A stretch of DNA of 32,000 bases from Okeania sp. (GCF_035285525.1 NZ_JAYKGW010000186.1:1-32000), one strand, 5' to 3'. Shown: positions 1-10,848, counted from the first letter of the stretch. Notes: a model not told the origin generated them from the sequence alone. Numbers and translations are program-made.

Positions 1-557
1 GTTTGCTCTGGTGAAATATAAGCTAAAGTTCCTTCTAAAACATTAGGTGTTTGAATCGTTTGAGTTTCTTTTGGTAATAAAGTAGAAATACTAAAATCTA
101 TAATTTTAACTTCCTTAGTTTCTGGATTAATTAATATATTTGCTGGTTTAATATCTTTATGAATAATTCGATTTTGATGTAGTTGATAGAGAACTTCAGT
201 TATTTGAATAGCTATGTCTAAAAACTCGGATATACCTCTTGTACCAGATGAGAAATTTTGATAATATTCAGCTAAAGAAATACCCCCAAAATCTGGCATG
301 ATTAAAGCATAACCATTTTGATAACGTTCGAGAGCTAATGGTTTAACAATACCTTCTATAGACAAATTCCTAACAACATTATATTGGTTCCGAAATTTGA
401 CTAATTCATTAAAAGAAGGAAAATTATTGCGCATCAGTTTAATAACTACTGGTTGACCATTTCCTTTAGTAACCCCACGATAGACGAAAGTTTGCTCACT
501 TTCATATAATAAGTCCCTGATTTTGTAATTAGTTAGGGATATTATGTTTAAGTTCAT
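1..557 (-). CDS. Serine/threonine protein kinase, N-terminal catalytic domain; the gene continues beyond the window edge
   Basis: Absent from the ORF track because there is no stop in the window. My minus-strand translation from the ATG (complement of 555-557) gives MNLNIISLTNYKIRDLLYESEQTFVYRGV..QPVVIKLM..HQNRIIHKDIKPANILINPETKEVKIIDFSIS..GTLAYISPEQ. These are Hanks kinase subdomains I, II (VIK), VIb (HKDIKPxN), VII (IDF variant of DFG) and VIII (AYISPEQ). Confidence 0.85.
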   Translation of the reverse strand, partial: MNLNIISLTNYKIRDLLYESEQTFVYRGVTKGNGQPVVIKLMRNNFPSFNELVKFRNQYNVVRNLSIEGIVKPLALERYQNGYALIMPDFGGISLAEYYQNFSSGTRGISEFLDIAIQITEVLYQLHQNRIIHKDIKPANILINPETKEVKIIDFSISTLLPKETQTIQTPNVLEGTLAYISPEQ

Positions 558-1198
558 AGTTATTTTATGAATTTTATTAAACCATTTATTGATCAAAGCT
601 TATATTATTCTATTCGTCAGTGATCAGTATCATTACTTATGAAAATAGGCAGCCTGGAAATACTCAATTTTCTTTGATCTTGGTCGATTAGATATGAGGG
701 GTTCCTCCCCATCCTACTCTATGAGAAGTGTTTCGCAGCATTTCGTAGGAAAGCTTTGTGGAGGGCAAAAATGACTGCTTTTTATCCTCTTTAAAAACCA
801 TTCTTGATCAACATCATTTCTGAACCAAAAACTTGACAAAATAGAAAAAATATGGTAAAAAAGAAAGCTGGAGAACTAATTTTTAGGTTATTAATTTCCA
901 CTTGCTGATTAAACTTCAAAATCTTTAACTGACTGACGATTTATAGCCATACCCTCAATTATATTTATACAAACTATAAACTTAACTTTTTTTAGCTAAA
1001 ATTGAGATTATATGCTTACTCTTTTGTTAATCAATACAAACAAAAATTGCAAATTTGTTATTGATTTATATCACATTAATACCTTTGTCCCTATCGACGA
1101 TAGGAAGCAATCTCCAGAACCGCCAAGGATTTCAATCCTTGGCTCATAGCTGAAGTCATCTTTCCGATGACTGTAATGTTATTCTTGAATTGAAAAAT

Positions 1199-1471
1199 TT
1201 AGTTAACTGCATAATCTGTAAATTTTCTTTTGAAAGGAGAATAAAAATCAATTACTATATTCTCTTGAGAAACTTCTAATTCAACCAAACGTTCAGCCAC
1301 AGATTCCTCGGTATTATTCTGTTGAATATATATTTTATTATCAATAATATCTAGGTGAAAAATAGAACCATATACCCAGTGATTTTTTGCCGAACCAACT
1401 TGTACTAAAAGGTAATGGTGATGCTGAGTATCGAAAATAGTTTCTACCCGAACATCACCAGACTTTTGCAA
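1199..1471 (-). CDS. xisI: XisI-family protein (fdxN element excision controlling factor-like); the N-terminal ~25 codons lie in another frame, so it is probably frameshifted or truncated
   Basis: The 90-aa ORF ends ..IVIDFYSPFKRKFTDYAVN and contains DVRVETIFDTQHHHYLLVQVG, matching the XisI pattern as I remember it. Upstream, NYRQIIQTLIKK is encoded in a different frame across a T7 run (1481-1487). The ORF as listed starts at TTG. Confidence 0.6.
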   Translation of the reverse strand: MQKSGDVRVETIFDTQHHHYLLVQVGSAKNHWVYGSIFHLDIIDNKIYIQQNNTEESVAERLVELEVSQENIVIDFYSPFKRKFTDYAVN

Positions 1472-1573
1472 AGAAGCTTGTTTTTTTAATCAGAGTTTGG
1501 ATTATTTGACGATAGTTTCGTAATTGAATAAATTGTTCCCTATCGGCGCCCCCTCCCTGCCCATGTTTAATCC

Positions 1574-2116
1574 CTATTTTAATAACTTTTCTACTAATAT
1601 TTCAAGATCGGGAAAAACAACTGTAAAAATAGTTCCTTTGCTGTAGTTTTTTTGAACTTGATAATCACCTTGCGATGGTTGTTGAAATACGATAAGTTGT
1701 TCATTTTTGACATCCACAACCCAATATTCTAAAATGCCAGCACGGGCGTAAACAAGTCGTTTTTTTTCTAAATCTTTTTCTAAAGTTGTATCAGAAACTT
1801 CTATTAATAAATAAATTTCTTCAGGATACGGATGACGAGAATCATACAAAGATTCTGGCATTTTGACAACAGCAATATCTGGTTCGGGTTCTGAGTTAGA
1901 AAGAGTAACTGGATGTGCTTCGTAGGTTTTTGCCATACCTCGAAACTTTTCTCGCAAATATTCCGCAATAGAATCAGTTATTTTCCGATGCCAAGATTTT
2001 TCTGGCGACATTTCAATAATTTCTCCTTCTAATAATTCTACATGGCGATCGCTCAGAATACCGGCAGAAATCATCTGATGATAGTCTTGTATTGACCATT
2101 TAGCTAAAGTAATCAT
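1574..2116 (-). CDS. Uma2-family (DUF820) putative restriction-type endonuclease
   Basis: 180-aa ORF with HVELLEGEIIEMSP, EPEPDIAVV and LLIEVSDTTLEKDLEKKRLVYARAGILEYWVVD, the typical Uma2/DUF820 PD-(D/E)xK layout that is abundant in cyanobacteria. Confidence 0.85.
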   Translation of the reverse strand: MITLAKWSIQDYHQMISAGILSDRHVELLEGEIIEMSPEKSWHRKITDSIAEYLREKFRGMAKTYEAHPVTLSNSEPEPDIAVVKMPESLYDSRHPYPEEIYLLIEVSDTTLEKDLEKKRLVYARAGILEYWVVDVKNEQLIVFQQPSQGDYQVQKNYSKGTIFTVVFPDLEILVEKLLK

Positions 2117-2186
2117 GGTATATTTTAACTATTAATTTTCTTATATTATAGCAATATTCGATGGATTATTGATTAGTGTCTTCAAT

Positions 2187-2470
2187 ATTGGCTGTTTTGG
2201 AATAGGCGATATAGTTACAGCATTTGCTCTGCTTTTCTTCTTGGGCAGCGTTTCATATCAGTTATCAGCTATTATTGATGGTTTGGTTGAAGTAAAAATT
2301 GCTTTAATTAAAGTAGGTTGGGTTGAACGAAGTGTTAGCGGAGCTTCCCGGAGGGAAACCCAACAACAGCTTGACGTTTGGAGTTAATGTTGGGTTTATC
2401 CGAAGGATAAGCTGCGCTTTTCATGTCGCGCAGCGAAACGTTACCTTAACCCAACCTACAAATACTAATT
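2187..2470. repeat. Composite dispersed repeat, copy A (pairs with 3885-4200)
   Basis: ttggctgttttggaataggcgatatag...cagttatcag.tattattgat.gtttggttgaagtaaa.att.ctttaattaaagtaggttgggtt ... acccaacctacaaatacta is shared almost base for base with 3885-4200. It contains the inverted pair gtaggttgggtt / aacccaacctac. Confidence 0.8.
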
Positions 2471-2475
2471 TATTA

Positions 2476-2567
2476 CAGGACTTACGCAAAGGTACTATCT
2501 GTAGATTCAAAAAACTGTTGTACAATAGTTTTAAACTCTATATATAGCGTCTCTGTGTAAGTACTAT
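2476..2567. mobile_element. MITE-like element of the caggacttacgca...gcgtaagtcctg family (degenerate right end)
   Basis: Same ~90-bp element as 19271-19361 (caggaYttacgcaaagStactat...tagttttaaac.ctata...). Half copies occur near 4213-4243, 19888-19915 and 20287-20313. Confidence 0.65.
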
Positions 2568-2789
2568 TAGTAATTTTTTATAGATTTAGTTAACTGCATA
2601 GGCGGAGCATTCGGTCAGGAAATGGCATTTTTGCGCTCCGCATAACTCCGTTAACGCTTTGCGACATGTTTGCGGAGCATTCCGTCAGGAAAACGCTACG
2701 CGACATGAAACGCCCTTACTAGATATAACAGTACAAAGTTTTGAATAAAAAAAACATTCCCTAAAGTTGAGAAGCGATCGCCTCCCAAA

Positions 2790-3344
2790 CTACTCTCCAA
2801 ATAATCTCTCGACAGAAACCTCCACTTCCCTAAACGCCAACGGTACAATTACGCCCTGACTGAAAGTTTCTTGAGACTTATAATCTGTATTCGTAGGAGA
2901 ACGAAATACCACAACTTCCGAATTTTGCAAATTAATCACCCAATATTCTGGAATACCTACCGCAGCATAAATCTTACTTTTTACCTCCAAATCTTTACTC
3001 AAAGTAGAATTAGAATATTCTATCAACCAAAATATATTTTCTGGATAGGGGTGATGTTCGCGATAATTTCTACCTAAGCGTTGTACGATTGCAATATCTG
3101 GTTCGGGTTCAGAATTACTTTGTGGTAATGTAATAGGTTTACCTTGACGGACTTTAGCGCGTTCCCCTAACAGATATATCAAATATTCTGCTGCTTCATC
3201 ACTGGTATAAGCATGAAATTCTCCCTCTGGCGCCATTTCCACAATTTCTCCATTTAATAATTCCACACAGCGTTCCACTAATATTCCTGCTGCAATCATT
3301 TGATGATATTCGGTAACTGTCCACTTGGCAGTAGTCATAGTCAT
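2790..3344 (-). CDS. Uma2-family (DUF820) putative endonuclease, second paralogue
   Basis: 184-aa ORF with CVELLNGEIVEMAPE, SEPEPDIAIV and WLIEYSNSTLSKDLEVKSKIYAAVGIPEYWVINL, colinear with the 1574-2116 product. Confidence 0.85.
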   Translation of the reverse strand: MTMTTAKWTVTEYHQMIAAGILVERCVELLNGEIVEMAPEGEFHAYTSDEAAEYLIYLLGERAKVRQGKPITLPQSNSEPEPDIAIVQRLGRNYREHHPYPENIFWLIEYSNSTLSKDLEVKSKIYAAVGIPEYWVINLQNSEVVVFRSPTNTDYKSQETFSQGVIVPLAFREVEVSVERLFGE

Positions 3345-3627
3345 AGCGATCGCTCCTTTGATTTGATAGTTTTATCTGACAGCAGTTTTCACCCTCAATC
3401 AACCACATATAAAAAATGATAACCCACTAGGGACTTTGTATGCAAGGTCTCTACTGTTTTTTTTCAATTTATTTAGGATTGCTATTTTCAACTCCATAAA
3501 TATTTGTTATAGAGCATTTGCCACTGTTGAGTTCGATTTTTTTTGCCTTTGGATAGCAGTGTCATTTCATTTATCGGTTATCAGTAGGGACGTATCGCTG
3601 CGCGACATGCAGCGCATTTTTGTTATG

Positions 3628-3902
3628 CAACTTCCCTACAGTTATCCTTTACCAGCAATAAAAATAGGGAAGTTAGCTGTAGATAAAACTATGCAGGGTA
3701 GGGGTTTGGGTAAGACGTTATTGATGAAATGCTTGAAAAAAGCTGTTCGCCTTTCTTCAGAGGTGGGGACTTTGCCATCGCGGTTGATGCTTTTAATGAG
3801 GATGCTAAGGCTTTTTATTTAAAATATGGCTTCATTCCTTTGGAAGATAATCCACTTTCGCTTTTGATCCCTATGAAAACAATTTTGGCTGTTTTGGAAT
3901 AG
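3628..3902 (+). pseudogene. GNAT-family acetyltransferase toxin (TacT-like) remnant: C-terminal ~90 codons only, with one frameshift
   Basis: Frame 1 reads LPYSYPLPAIKIGKLAVDKTMQGRGLGKTLLMKCLKKAVRLSSEVG. After a frame slip near 3770, another frame reads DFAIAVDAFNEDAKAFYLKYGFIPLEDNPLSLLIPMKTILAVLE and stops at 3900-3902. The N-terminal half of a ~165-aa GNAT is absent, and repeat DNA lies upstream. Confidence 0.75.
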
Positions 3903-4200
3903 GCGATATAGCTACCGCACTTGCTCTGTCTTTTATGTTGCGAAGGGTTTCAGATCAGTTATCAGTTATTATTGATAGTTTGGTTGAAGTAAAGATTACT
4001 TTAATTAAAGTAGGTTGGGTTTCACTTTTTTCAACCCAACAACACCTTGACGCTTGCGGTTACAGCCCTTTTCAGATCAATGAACCACAAGAAAAAAGCG
4101 ATAACTCTGTAGGGACCTTGCATGCAAGGTCCCTAAAGTATATTCAAATGAAAACTGCTGTCATGTTGGGTTGAGGTAACGAAACCCAACCTACAAATAC
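3885..4200. repeat. Composite dispersed repeat, copy B (pairs with 2187-2470)
   Basis: See copy A. It also contains the palindrome tagggaccttgcatgcaaggtcccta (4110-4135); a related copy lies at 3428-3452. Confidence 0.8.
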
Positions 4201-4408
4201 TATTTAGTATACGCTATATTATAGTGCCTTTGCATAAGTCCTGACTACTACATTTGTACTTCATAAGTTTCGCCTACGGTACTGCACCTGTAACCCAGAA
4301 CTGCACCTTCAATTTTCCCAGTCGTGATCATATCACCTCTACCAACAACAGTAAATACAGTTTCTCCCCTACATCTTTCGTTAGCTACATACTGGTATCA
4401 ACAAACTT

Positions 4409-4678
4409 CTAGAATGCAGTCTCACTACCATTCCTGCCGCACCTACTCGGATACAACAAGCCAGTGGCGCCATTTTTGACGTAATAAGAATCGCTTGATT
4501 TTCCAGTAGCACAAGCACTTTGATCTGAGCGCAACTGCTGAACTTTCAGTTCCCCATCTCGGCTATAAAGTTGGGATTGGGCAATGGCACTGTTATTGAA
4601 GCCTACAGCTAAAATAAATGTTGTTGGCAATAACATTAAATTGGCGATTCGAGAAAGTTGTGAACGTAAGTTTGACAT
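4409..4678 (-). CDS. Small hypothetical secreted protein
   Basis: 89-aa ORF with an N-terminal signal-peptide-like segment (RIANLMLLPTTFILAVGFNNSAIA-Q). No recognisable family. Confidence 0.45.
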   Translation of the reverse strand: MSNLRSQLSRIANLMLLPTTFILAVGFNNSAIAQSQLYSRDGELKVQQLRSDQSACATGKSSDSYYVKNGATGLLYPSRCGRNGSETAF

Positions 4679-4979
4679 AACAAAAGACTTCTTATATTCA
4701 TAACCAAAACTAATTACCGAATCATTAATTCAGATTAAAGAGGTAATGATCCATTAATATATCCTCATCCCAAATTAATTTTGTACACAAATCCCCTTAA
4801 ATTTTCTTAACAAATATTGAGAGTATATACCTGATTTTTTGTCAATAGATGTAACAAAAAATTTCCAACTTCTTATAGAATTGTATCAAATCAATACATT
4901 ACTCTACCTTTTTGGCAAATTTTCTGGTATATATACTCAATTGAGCATCAGCAACTATCCCCAAGGAGTAATACTTAAA

Positions 4980-7900
4980 ATGTTCACATCCGTTAAACCT
5001 ACCATTCGCCACATTGTCCCAGATGACTTGAAGGGGCGATCGCTCTTAAAGGTTGTATATATAGTTCTAGAAGCACAGTATCAAAGTGCCCTTTCCGGAG
5101 CAGTACGTTCTATTAACGAGAAAAATCCTAATTTGGCCATAGAAATAAGTGGCTATTTAATAGAAGAACTCCGCGACCCCCAAAACTACGAAAACTTTAA
5201 AAGAGAAGTTTCTGAAGCTAACATTTTTATCGCCTCCCTAATTTTCATTGAAGACTTGGCCGAAAAAGTAGTAGAAGCTGTAACACCCCACCGCGACAAA
5301 CTCGATGCTGCGGTAGTTTTCCCTTCCATGCCACAAGTGATGCGCCTGAATAAAATGGGTACATTCTCCATGGCGCAACTAGGTCAGAGCAAAAGTGCTA
5401 TAGCTCAGTTTATGCGGAAGCGCAAAGAAAAATCTGGTTCTTCTTTCCAAGATGGAATGTTGAAGTTACTGCAAACTCTGCCGAAAGTATTGAAATATAT
5501 GCCTATTGATAAGGCGCAGGATGCTAGGAACTTTATGCTCAGTTTCCAATATTGGTTAGGGGGTTCCTCCGAAAACTTGGAAAACTTCTTACTGATGTTG
5601 GCAGATAAATATGTTTTCAAAGATGAGAAAAAAAGTTCTTTTAAATATGTCGATCCAGTAGTTTATCCAGACATGGGTGTTTGGCATCCCCTCGCCCCCA
5701 AAATGTTTGAAGACGTCAAAGAATATCTCAACTGGTACAACCAGCGCCAAGATATTTCCGAAGATTTGAAAGACCCCCTCGCTCCTTGTGTTGGTTTAGT
5801 TTTGCAGCGCACCCACTTAGTTACCGGAGACGACGCTCACTACGTTGCCATGTTGCAAGAGTTGGAAGCATTGGGAGCTAGAGTTATTCCCGTATTCGCT
5901 GGAGGATTAGATTTTTCCAAACCAGTCGATGCTTATTTCTGGGAAACCGCTGCCAAAGGAGTTGCACCCACACCATTAGTAGATACAGTTATTTCCTTGA
6001 CTGGTTTTGCATTAGTTGGCGGACCTGCAAGACAAGACCATCCGAAAGCCATCGAATCCTTGAAACGGTTGAACCGTCCATATATGGTAGCTTTACCTCT
6101 AGTTTTCCAAACCACCGAAGAATGGGAAGAAAGCGAACTTGGTCTGCACCCCATACAAGTCGCTTTGCAAATAGCTATTCCCGAACTAGACGGAGCGATC
6201 GAACCTATTATTATGTCTGGGCGAGATGGAGCAACCGGAAAAGCGATCGCTCTCCAAGACCGGATCGAAGCAGTCGCTACACGGGCGCTGAAGTGGGCAA
6301 GTCTGAGACGCAAACCTAAACTGAATAAAAAAGTTGCCATTACTATTTTCAGTTTCCCACCAGATAAAGGAAATGTTGGTACTGCTGCATATTTAGATGT
6401 ATTCGGTTCCATCTATGAAGTTGTCAAAGGACTCAAAAACAACGGTTACGATATTCAAGACTTGCCAGACTCCGCAGCAGAGTTGATGAAGCAAGTTATT
6501 CACGATGCCACTGCTCAATATCAAAGTCCTGAGTTGAATATTGCTCACCGGATGTCAGTTGCAGAATATGAACGTCTGACTCCATACTCCGAAAGGTTGC
6601 ATGAAAACTGGGGTCCGCCTCCAGGAAACCTGAATAGCGACGGCGAAAATTTATTAATTTACGGTAAGAGTTTCGGCAACGTTTTCATCGGAGTCCAACC
6701 AACATTTGGTTATGAAGGCGATCCTATGCGGTTATTGTTCTCTCGTTCCGCTAGTCCTCATCATGGTTTTGCTGCTTACTATACTTATTTAGAACAAATT
6801 TGGCAAGCTGATGCGGTACTACATTTCGGGACTCACGGTTCTCTCGAATTTATGCCTGGTAAACAAATCGGAATGTCTGGAGACTGTTATCCAGATAATC
6901 TGATCGGTAATATTCCCAACATCTATTATTATGCAGCGAATAATCCTAGTGAGGCGACTATTGCTAAACGTCGGAGTTATGCAGAGACTATTTCTTATTT
7001 GACTCCCCCTGCCGAAAATGCTGGTTTATATAAAGGTTTGCAGGAGTTGAACGAGTTGATCGGTTCTTATCAAACTTTGAAAGATAGCGGACGGGGTGTT
7101 CCCATTGTTAACACTATTATGGATAAGTGTCGGATGGTGAACTTAGACCAGGATGTGACGCTGCCAGAAAAAGATGCTCAGGAGTTGACTGCTGAGGAAC
7201 GGGATAAAATTGTCGGTGATGTTTACCGCCGACTGATGGAAATAGAGTCTCGGTTATTGCCTTGTGGTTTGCACATTATTGGTAAACCTCCTAGTGCTGA
7301 GGAAGCGATCGCTACTTTGGTAAATATTGCTAGTCTCGACAGAGAAGAGGAAGGAATAACTGGTTTACCTAGAATTATTGCTAACAGTCTCAACCGGGAT
7401 ATTGAGGAACTTTACCAAAATAATAATCAGGGTATTTTGGCAGATGTGGAGTTAGTTCAGAGTATTACGGAAGCGACTCGTGCTGCTGTTGCTGCGTTGG
7501 TTCACCAACAAACCGATGCTGACGGCCGAGTTTCGATGGTGAGCAAACTCAATTTCTTCAACATGATGAAAAAAGCACCTTGGATAGAAGCTCTGGAAAC
7601 AGCAGGCTTTCCCGATGTTGATGCCGAACTTATTAAACCTCTGTTTGAATATTTGGAATTTTGCTTAGAGCAGGTTTGTGCTGATAACGAGTTAGGTTCC
7701 CTGTTGCGAGCGTTGGAAGGAGAATATATTTTACCGGGACCTGGTGGCGACCCCATTCGCAACCCAGATGTGTTACCGACTGGTAAGAATATGCACGCTC
7801 TCGACCCCCAGTCTATTCCCACTGCTGCTGCGGTTAAGTCGGCAAAAATTGTAGTTGACCGTTTATTGGCGCGACAAATGCAAGAAAATGGTGGGCAGTA

Positions 7901-8969
7901 TCCAGAAACTATCGCTGTTGTGTTGTGGGGAACTGACAATATCAAGACTTATGGTGAATCTCTTGCTCAAGTAATGTGGATGGTAGGTGTGAAACCTGTA
8001 CCTGATGCTTTAGGTAGGGTGAATAAGTTAGAATTAATTCCATTATCAGAATTAGGTCGTCCCCGTGTTGACGTAGTGATTAACTGTTCCGGTGTATTCC
8101 GAGATTTATTTATCAATCAAATGAACCTTTTGGATAAAGCTGTGAAAATGGCAGCAGAAGCAGAGGAACCGGAAGAGATGAACTTTGTTCGGAAGCACGC
8201 TCTCAAGCAAGCCGAAGAGTTAGGAGTAAATTTACGTCAAGCTGCAACGCGGGTATTTTCTAATGCTTCCGGTTCCTATGCTGCGAACGTTAATTTGGCA
8301 GTTGAGAATAGTACCTGGGAAGATGAGTCAGAATTACAGGAAATGTATTTGAAGCGCAAGTCGTTTGCATTTAATTCTGATAACCCAGGAATGATGGAAG
8401 ATAACCGGAAAGTGTTTGAGTCAGCATTGAAAACTGCCGATGCCACATTCCAGAATTTAGATTCGTCGGAAATTAGTTTAACCGATGTGAGTCATTATTT
8501 TGATTCCGATCCGACAAAAATTGTGGCGAGTCTGAGGAAAGATGGTAAAAAACCATCTTCTTATATTGCGGATACGACGACTGCCAATGCTCAGGTGCGT
8601 TCATTATCTGAGACGGTACGTTTAGATGCGCGGACAAAAATGTTGAATCCGAAATGGTATGAGGGAATGTTGTCTCATGGTTATGAAGGAGTGCGGGAGT
8701 TGTCAAAGCGTCTCGTGAATACTATGGGATGGAGTGCGACTGCTGGTGCTGTGGATAACTGGGTTTATGAAGATGTGAATGAGACATTTATAAAGGATGA
8801 GCAGATGCAGCAGCGGTTGTTGAATTTGAATCCGCATTCGTTCCGGAAGATGGTGACGACATTGTTGGAAGTGAACGGACGTGGTTATTGGGAGACAAGT
8901 GAGAGTAATTTGGATCGGTTAAGAGAGTTGTATCAGCAAGTGGAGGATAGGATAGAGGGGATAGAGTAA
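4980..8969 (+). CDS. chlH: Magnesium chelatase subunit H (CobN/ChlH family)
   Basis: Long ORF 4839-8969. I place the start at ATG 4980 ([35 protein letters not shown]), giving 1329 aa, the usual ChlH size. CobN/ChlH signatures are present throughout, e.g. [15 protein letters not shown] and [21 protein letters not shown]. Confidence 0.96.
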   Translation: MFTSVKPTIRHIVPDDLKGRSLLKVVYIVLEAQYQSALSGAVRSINEKNPNLAIEISGYLIEELRDPQNYENFKREVSEANIFIASLIFIEDLAEKVVEAVTPHRDKLDAAVVFPSMPQVMRLNKMGTFSMAQLGQSKSAIAQFMRKRKEKSGSSFQDGMLKLLQTLPKVLKYMPIDKAQDARNFMLSFQYWLGGSSENLENFLLMLADKYVFKDEKKSSFKYVDPVVYPDMGVWHPLAPKMFEDVKEYLNWYNQRQDISEDLKDPLAPCVGLVLQRTHLVTGDDAHYVAMLQELEALGARVIPVFAGGLDFSKPVDAYFWETAAKGVAPTPLVDTVISLTGFALVGGPARQDHPKAIESLKRLNRPYMVALPLVFQTTEEWEESELGLHPIQVALQIAIPELDGAIEPIIMSGRDGATGKAIALQDRIEAVATRALKWASLRRKPKLNKKVAITIFSFPPDKGNVGTAAYLDVFGSIYEVVKGLKNNGYDIQDLPDSAAELMKQVIHDATAQYQSPELNIAHRMSVAEYERLTPYSERLHENWGPPPGNLNSDGENLLIYGKSFGNVFIGVQPTFGYEGDPMRLLFSRSASPHHGFAAYYTYLEQIWQADAVLHFGTHGSLEFMPGKQIGMSGDCYPDNLIGNIPNIYYYAANNPSEATIAKRRSYAETISYLTPPAENAGLYKGLQELNELIGSYQTLKDSGRGVPIVNTIMDKCRMVNLDQDVTLPEKDAQELTAEERDKIVGDVYRRLMEIESRLLPCGLHIIGKPPSAEEAIATLVNIASLDREEEGITGLPRIIANSLNRDIEELYQNNNQGILADVELVQSITEATRAAVAALVHQQTDADGRVSMVSKLNFFNMMKKAPWIEALETAGFPDVDAELIKPLFEYLEFCLEQVCADNELGSLLRALEGEYILPGPGGDPIRNPDVLPTGKNMHALDPQSIPTAAAVKSAKIVVDRLLARQMQENGGQYPETIAVVLWGTDNIKTYGESLAQVMWMVGVKPVPDALGRVNKLELIPLSELGRPRVDVVINCSGVFRDLFINQMNLLDKAVKMAAEAEEPEEMNFVRKHALKQAEELGVNLRQAATRVFSNASGSYAANVNLAVENSTWEDESELQEMYLKRKSFAFNSDNPGMMEDNRKVFESALKTADATFQNLDSSEISLTDVSHYFDSDPTKIVASLRKDGKKPSSYIADTTTANAQVRSLSETVRLDARTKMLNPKWYEGMLSHGYEGVRELSKRLVNTMGWSATAGAVDNWVYEDVNETFIKDEQMQQRLLNLNPHSFRKMVTTLLEVNGRGYWETSESNLDRLRELYQQVEDRIEGIE

Positions 8970-9006
8970 TTAATGGATAATGGATAATTGATAATGGATA
9001 ATGAGA
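8969..9006. repeat. Heptamer (STRR-like) tandem repeat, TGGATAA units
   Basis: taattaatggataatggataattgataatggataatgag lies immediately after the chlH stop. Confidence 0.7.
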
Positions 9007-9034
9007 AGTATCTCTAATTATTAATTATCTATGG

Positions 9035-9062
9035 TAGGGTGGGTGAATATTTGCCCGCCCTA
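9035..9062 (+). terminator. Stem-loop downstream of chlH (candidate terminator)
   Basis: tagggtgggtgaat/atttgcccgcccta forms an inverted repeat (with G-U pairs) followed by tttcat. A similar hairpin, gtaggggcaaacggcggttcgcccctac, lies at about 22845-22872. Confidence 0.45.
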
Positions 9063-9105
9063 TTTCATATTACTGCAGTTTGTAAAATATCTTTTTTATC
9101 TCAAA

Positions 9106-10848
9106 ATGGAACTACACGCATACACTAAAACAATTTCCGAGCTATTTTCTGTAAAGAAGCAGTATATTGTCCCTAGATTTCAAAGACCATACTCATGGGA
9201 TAAAGATAAGGTATCTGAGTTATGGGATGATATAGTTTCAAATATTTCCATCAATGATGATAATACCTTTAGTTATGAAGAGTATTTTATTGGTTCACTT
9301 GTTCTTGTAGGTGATGATAAGTCTGTAAAGATGCAAATTGTTGATGGACAACAACGCTTAACAACATTGACTATTCTACTTTCTACCCTTTGTCAAAGGT
9401 TTCTAGAGATTGATAAAAAAAATATAGCTGAATCTATCTATGAAAACTATATTGCCGGAAAAGATGACGACGGTAATTATTATTTTAAATTAGAAAATGA
9501 GACCCCAAAACCTTTTTTTCAAACAGTTATTCAAGATATTAATAAAGTTAGTAAAAAACAATGTCTCCCATCTTCTGAGGAAGAACAAACTTTGTTAAAT
9601 TCATATGATGAATTTTATTCTTACACCTCTAAAACATCTCTCAAGCAGAAATTTAAAAAATATCGTCTAGATGAAAGTTTATATGAAAATCTTTTGAAGG
9701 CAATTAGAGATCAAGTCGTTACGTATTTGAAAGTGATTTTTATAACTGTTAAAGAAGAAGATGATGCTTATACAATCTTTGAAACTTTAAATGCTAGAGG
9801 AATGGACTTAACTTTTGTTGATTTAATAAAAAATAAAGTCTTCAAAAGCTCAACAACAACTCACCCCGATGATTTTACCAAAACTAAGTGGACAAACTTG
9901 AGAAATATAATAGATTCACGAGATGATGTAGGCAGTCTAGAAATTTTTGTAAGACACTGGTGGATATCTAAATATGATTATACGAGTAAAGATAATATTT
10001 ACAAACATTTTAAAAAGCGATGGAATAGTGGGGAAATAGGTGAAAATTTTTTAGATGAGTTAGTAAATGATGCTAAATTGTACATGAAAATATCATCTCC
10101 TGTTACAGAAGACTTTAAGCAGCAGGAAGAAAAAGACCTATATAAATCTTTAGTGGCATTAAAAATTTTTAATGTTAGTCAACAAAAACCTTTCATACTA
10201 AGCCTATTCAAAACTTTAGAAAATAAGAAAATAACATTAGCTCAAGTAAAAGACATTCTTACTTTTATTGAAAAATTTCACTTCTCTTTGAATGCAATCT
10301 GTTCTTTGGGTTCTTTAGGTATTGAAAGAAGTTATTCTACAGCGGCAAGAGAACTACTTAAAGCAAATAACAAACGACAATCAAACCAAGTATTAAAGGA
10401 ATTAAAACAACGGTTTGAACCACGAATTCCTGCGAGAAGCACTTTCGTAGAGAACTTCTCTCGATTAAAGTATACCAGTAAAGAGCCTAAACATAAAAAA
10501 CTAATTCAATATATTTTTAGCTATATTGAATCACGCAAACAAACAACTAATGAGTTTAAGCCTAATAGCATGACATTAGAGCATATATTACCCCAATCTT
10601 ATAAGAAAGATAAAGAATTTGTAGCTTCTATTGGTAATTTATTACCTTTGGGACAAAAATTAAATGAAGAAGCTGCGGATAAAGATGTTCATAAAAAAAT
10701 AGAGATATATAAGAAATCAAATTTTGCACTAACACAAGAATTTGCTCAAACTCCTCCTCAAAAATGGGGAAAGGAAGAAATTAGAAAAAGAACAAATGAT
10801 CTGGCTGAATATTGTTACAATTCTATGTGGAATAATAGCAACCCATGA
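9106..10848 (+). CDS. GmrSD-like nuclease: N-terminal DUF262 (ParB-like NTPase, DGQQR motif) plus C-terminal DUF1524 (His-Me finger)
   Basis: The ORF is 9031-10848; the likely start is ATG 9106 (MELHAYTKTISELF). FQRPYSWDKDKVSELWDDI and IVDGQQRLTTLTILL are DUF262 hallmarks. TLEHILPQS..IGNLLPLGQKLNEEAADK is the DUF1524 H...N...N nuclease motif. Confidence 0.85.
   Translation: MELHAYTKTISELFSVKKQYIVPRFQRPYSWDKDKVSELWDDIVSNISINDDNTFSYEEYFIGSLVLVGDDKSVKMQIVDGQQRLTTLTILLSTLCQRFLEIDKKNIAESIYENYIAGKDDDGNYYFKLENETPKPFFQTVIQDINKVSKKQCLPSSEEEQTLLNSYDEFYSYTSKTSLKQKFKKYRLDESLYENLLKAIRDQVVTYLKVIFITVKEEDDAYTIFETLNARGMDLTFVDLIKNKVFKSSTTTHPDDFTKTKWTNLRNIIDSRDDVGSLEIFVRHWWISKYDYTSKDNIYKHFKKRWNSGEIGENFLDELVNDAKLYMKISSPVTEDFKQQEEKDLYKSLVALKIFNVSQQKPFILSLFKTLENKKITLAQVKDILTFIEKFHFSLNAICSLGSLGIERSYSTAARELLKANNKRQSNQVLKELKQRFEPRIPARSTFVENFSRLKYTSKEPKHKKLIQYIFSYIESRKQTTNEFKPNSMTLEHILPQSYKKDKEFVASIGNLLPLGQKLNEEAADKDVHKKIEIYKKSNFALTQEFAQTPPQKWGKEEIRKRTNDLAEYCYNSMWNNSNP

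Noticed and set aside
1118-1150. Hairpin ccaaggatttcaatccttgg, which superficially resembles a CRISPR-repeat fragment
   Set aside because: It is a single copy with no neighbouring repeats or spacers, so it is most likely an isolated stem-loop.
600-1198. Long non-coding gap searched for a tRNA, ncRNA or small genes
   Set aside because: I found no cloverleaf-compatible sequence and no ORF with a credible start or SD. Only fragments of dispersed repeats are present, such as cctactctatgagaag..cgtaggaaag.
2169-2547. ORFs 2169-2387 and 2323-2547, and likewise 3935-4174
   Set aside because: They lie entirely within the duplicated composite repeat or MITE sequence, so the similarity between copies is at DNA level. 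They are not credible proteins.
2871-3408. ORFs 2871-3077 (+) and 3199-3408 (-)
   Set aside because: They overlap the well-supported Uma2 gene 2790-3344 in antisense or an alternative frame.
3436-3822. 128-aa ORF presented as a single CDS
   Set aside because: Only its last ~60 codons resemble a GNAT. The N-terminal part is read through repeat DNA, and the GNAT C-terminus continues in another frame. It is annotated instead as a pseudogene at 3628-3902.
4250-4408. Possible continuation of the 4409-4678 ORF (minus-strand reading ..GETVFTVVGRGDMITTGKIEGAVLGYRCSTVGETYEVQM)
   Set aside because: It is separated from the upstream ORF by two stops and a frame change, and I cannot assign it to any family. 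The evidence is insufficient to call a pseudogene.
5186-8706. ORFs on the minus strand or in alternative frames within chlH (5186-5371, 5405-5620, 5933-6412, 6122-6319, 7502-7945, 8473-8706)
   Set aside because: They are fully embedded in the strongly supported ChlH reading frame. Their translations are low-complexity with no motifs, typical of shadow ORFs.
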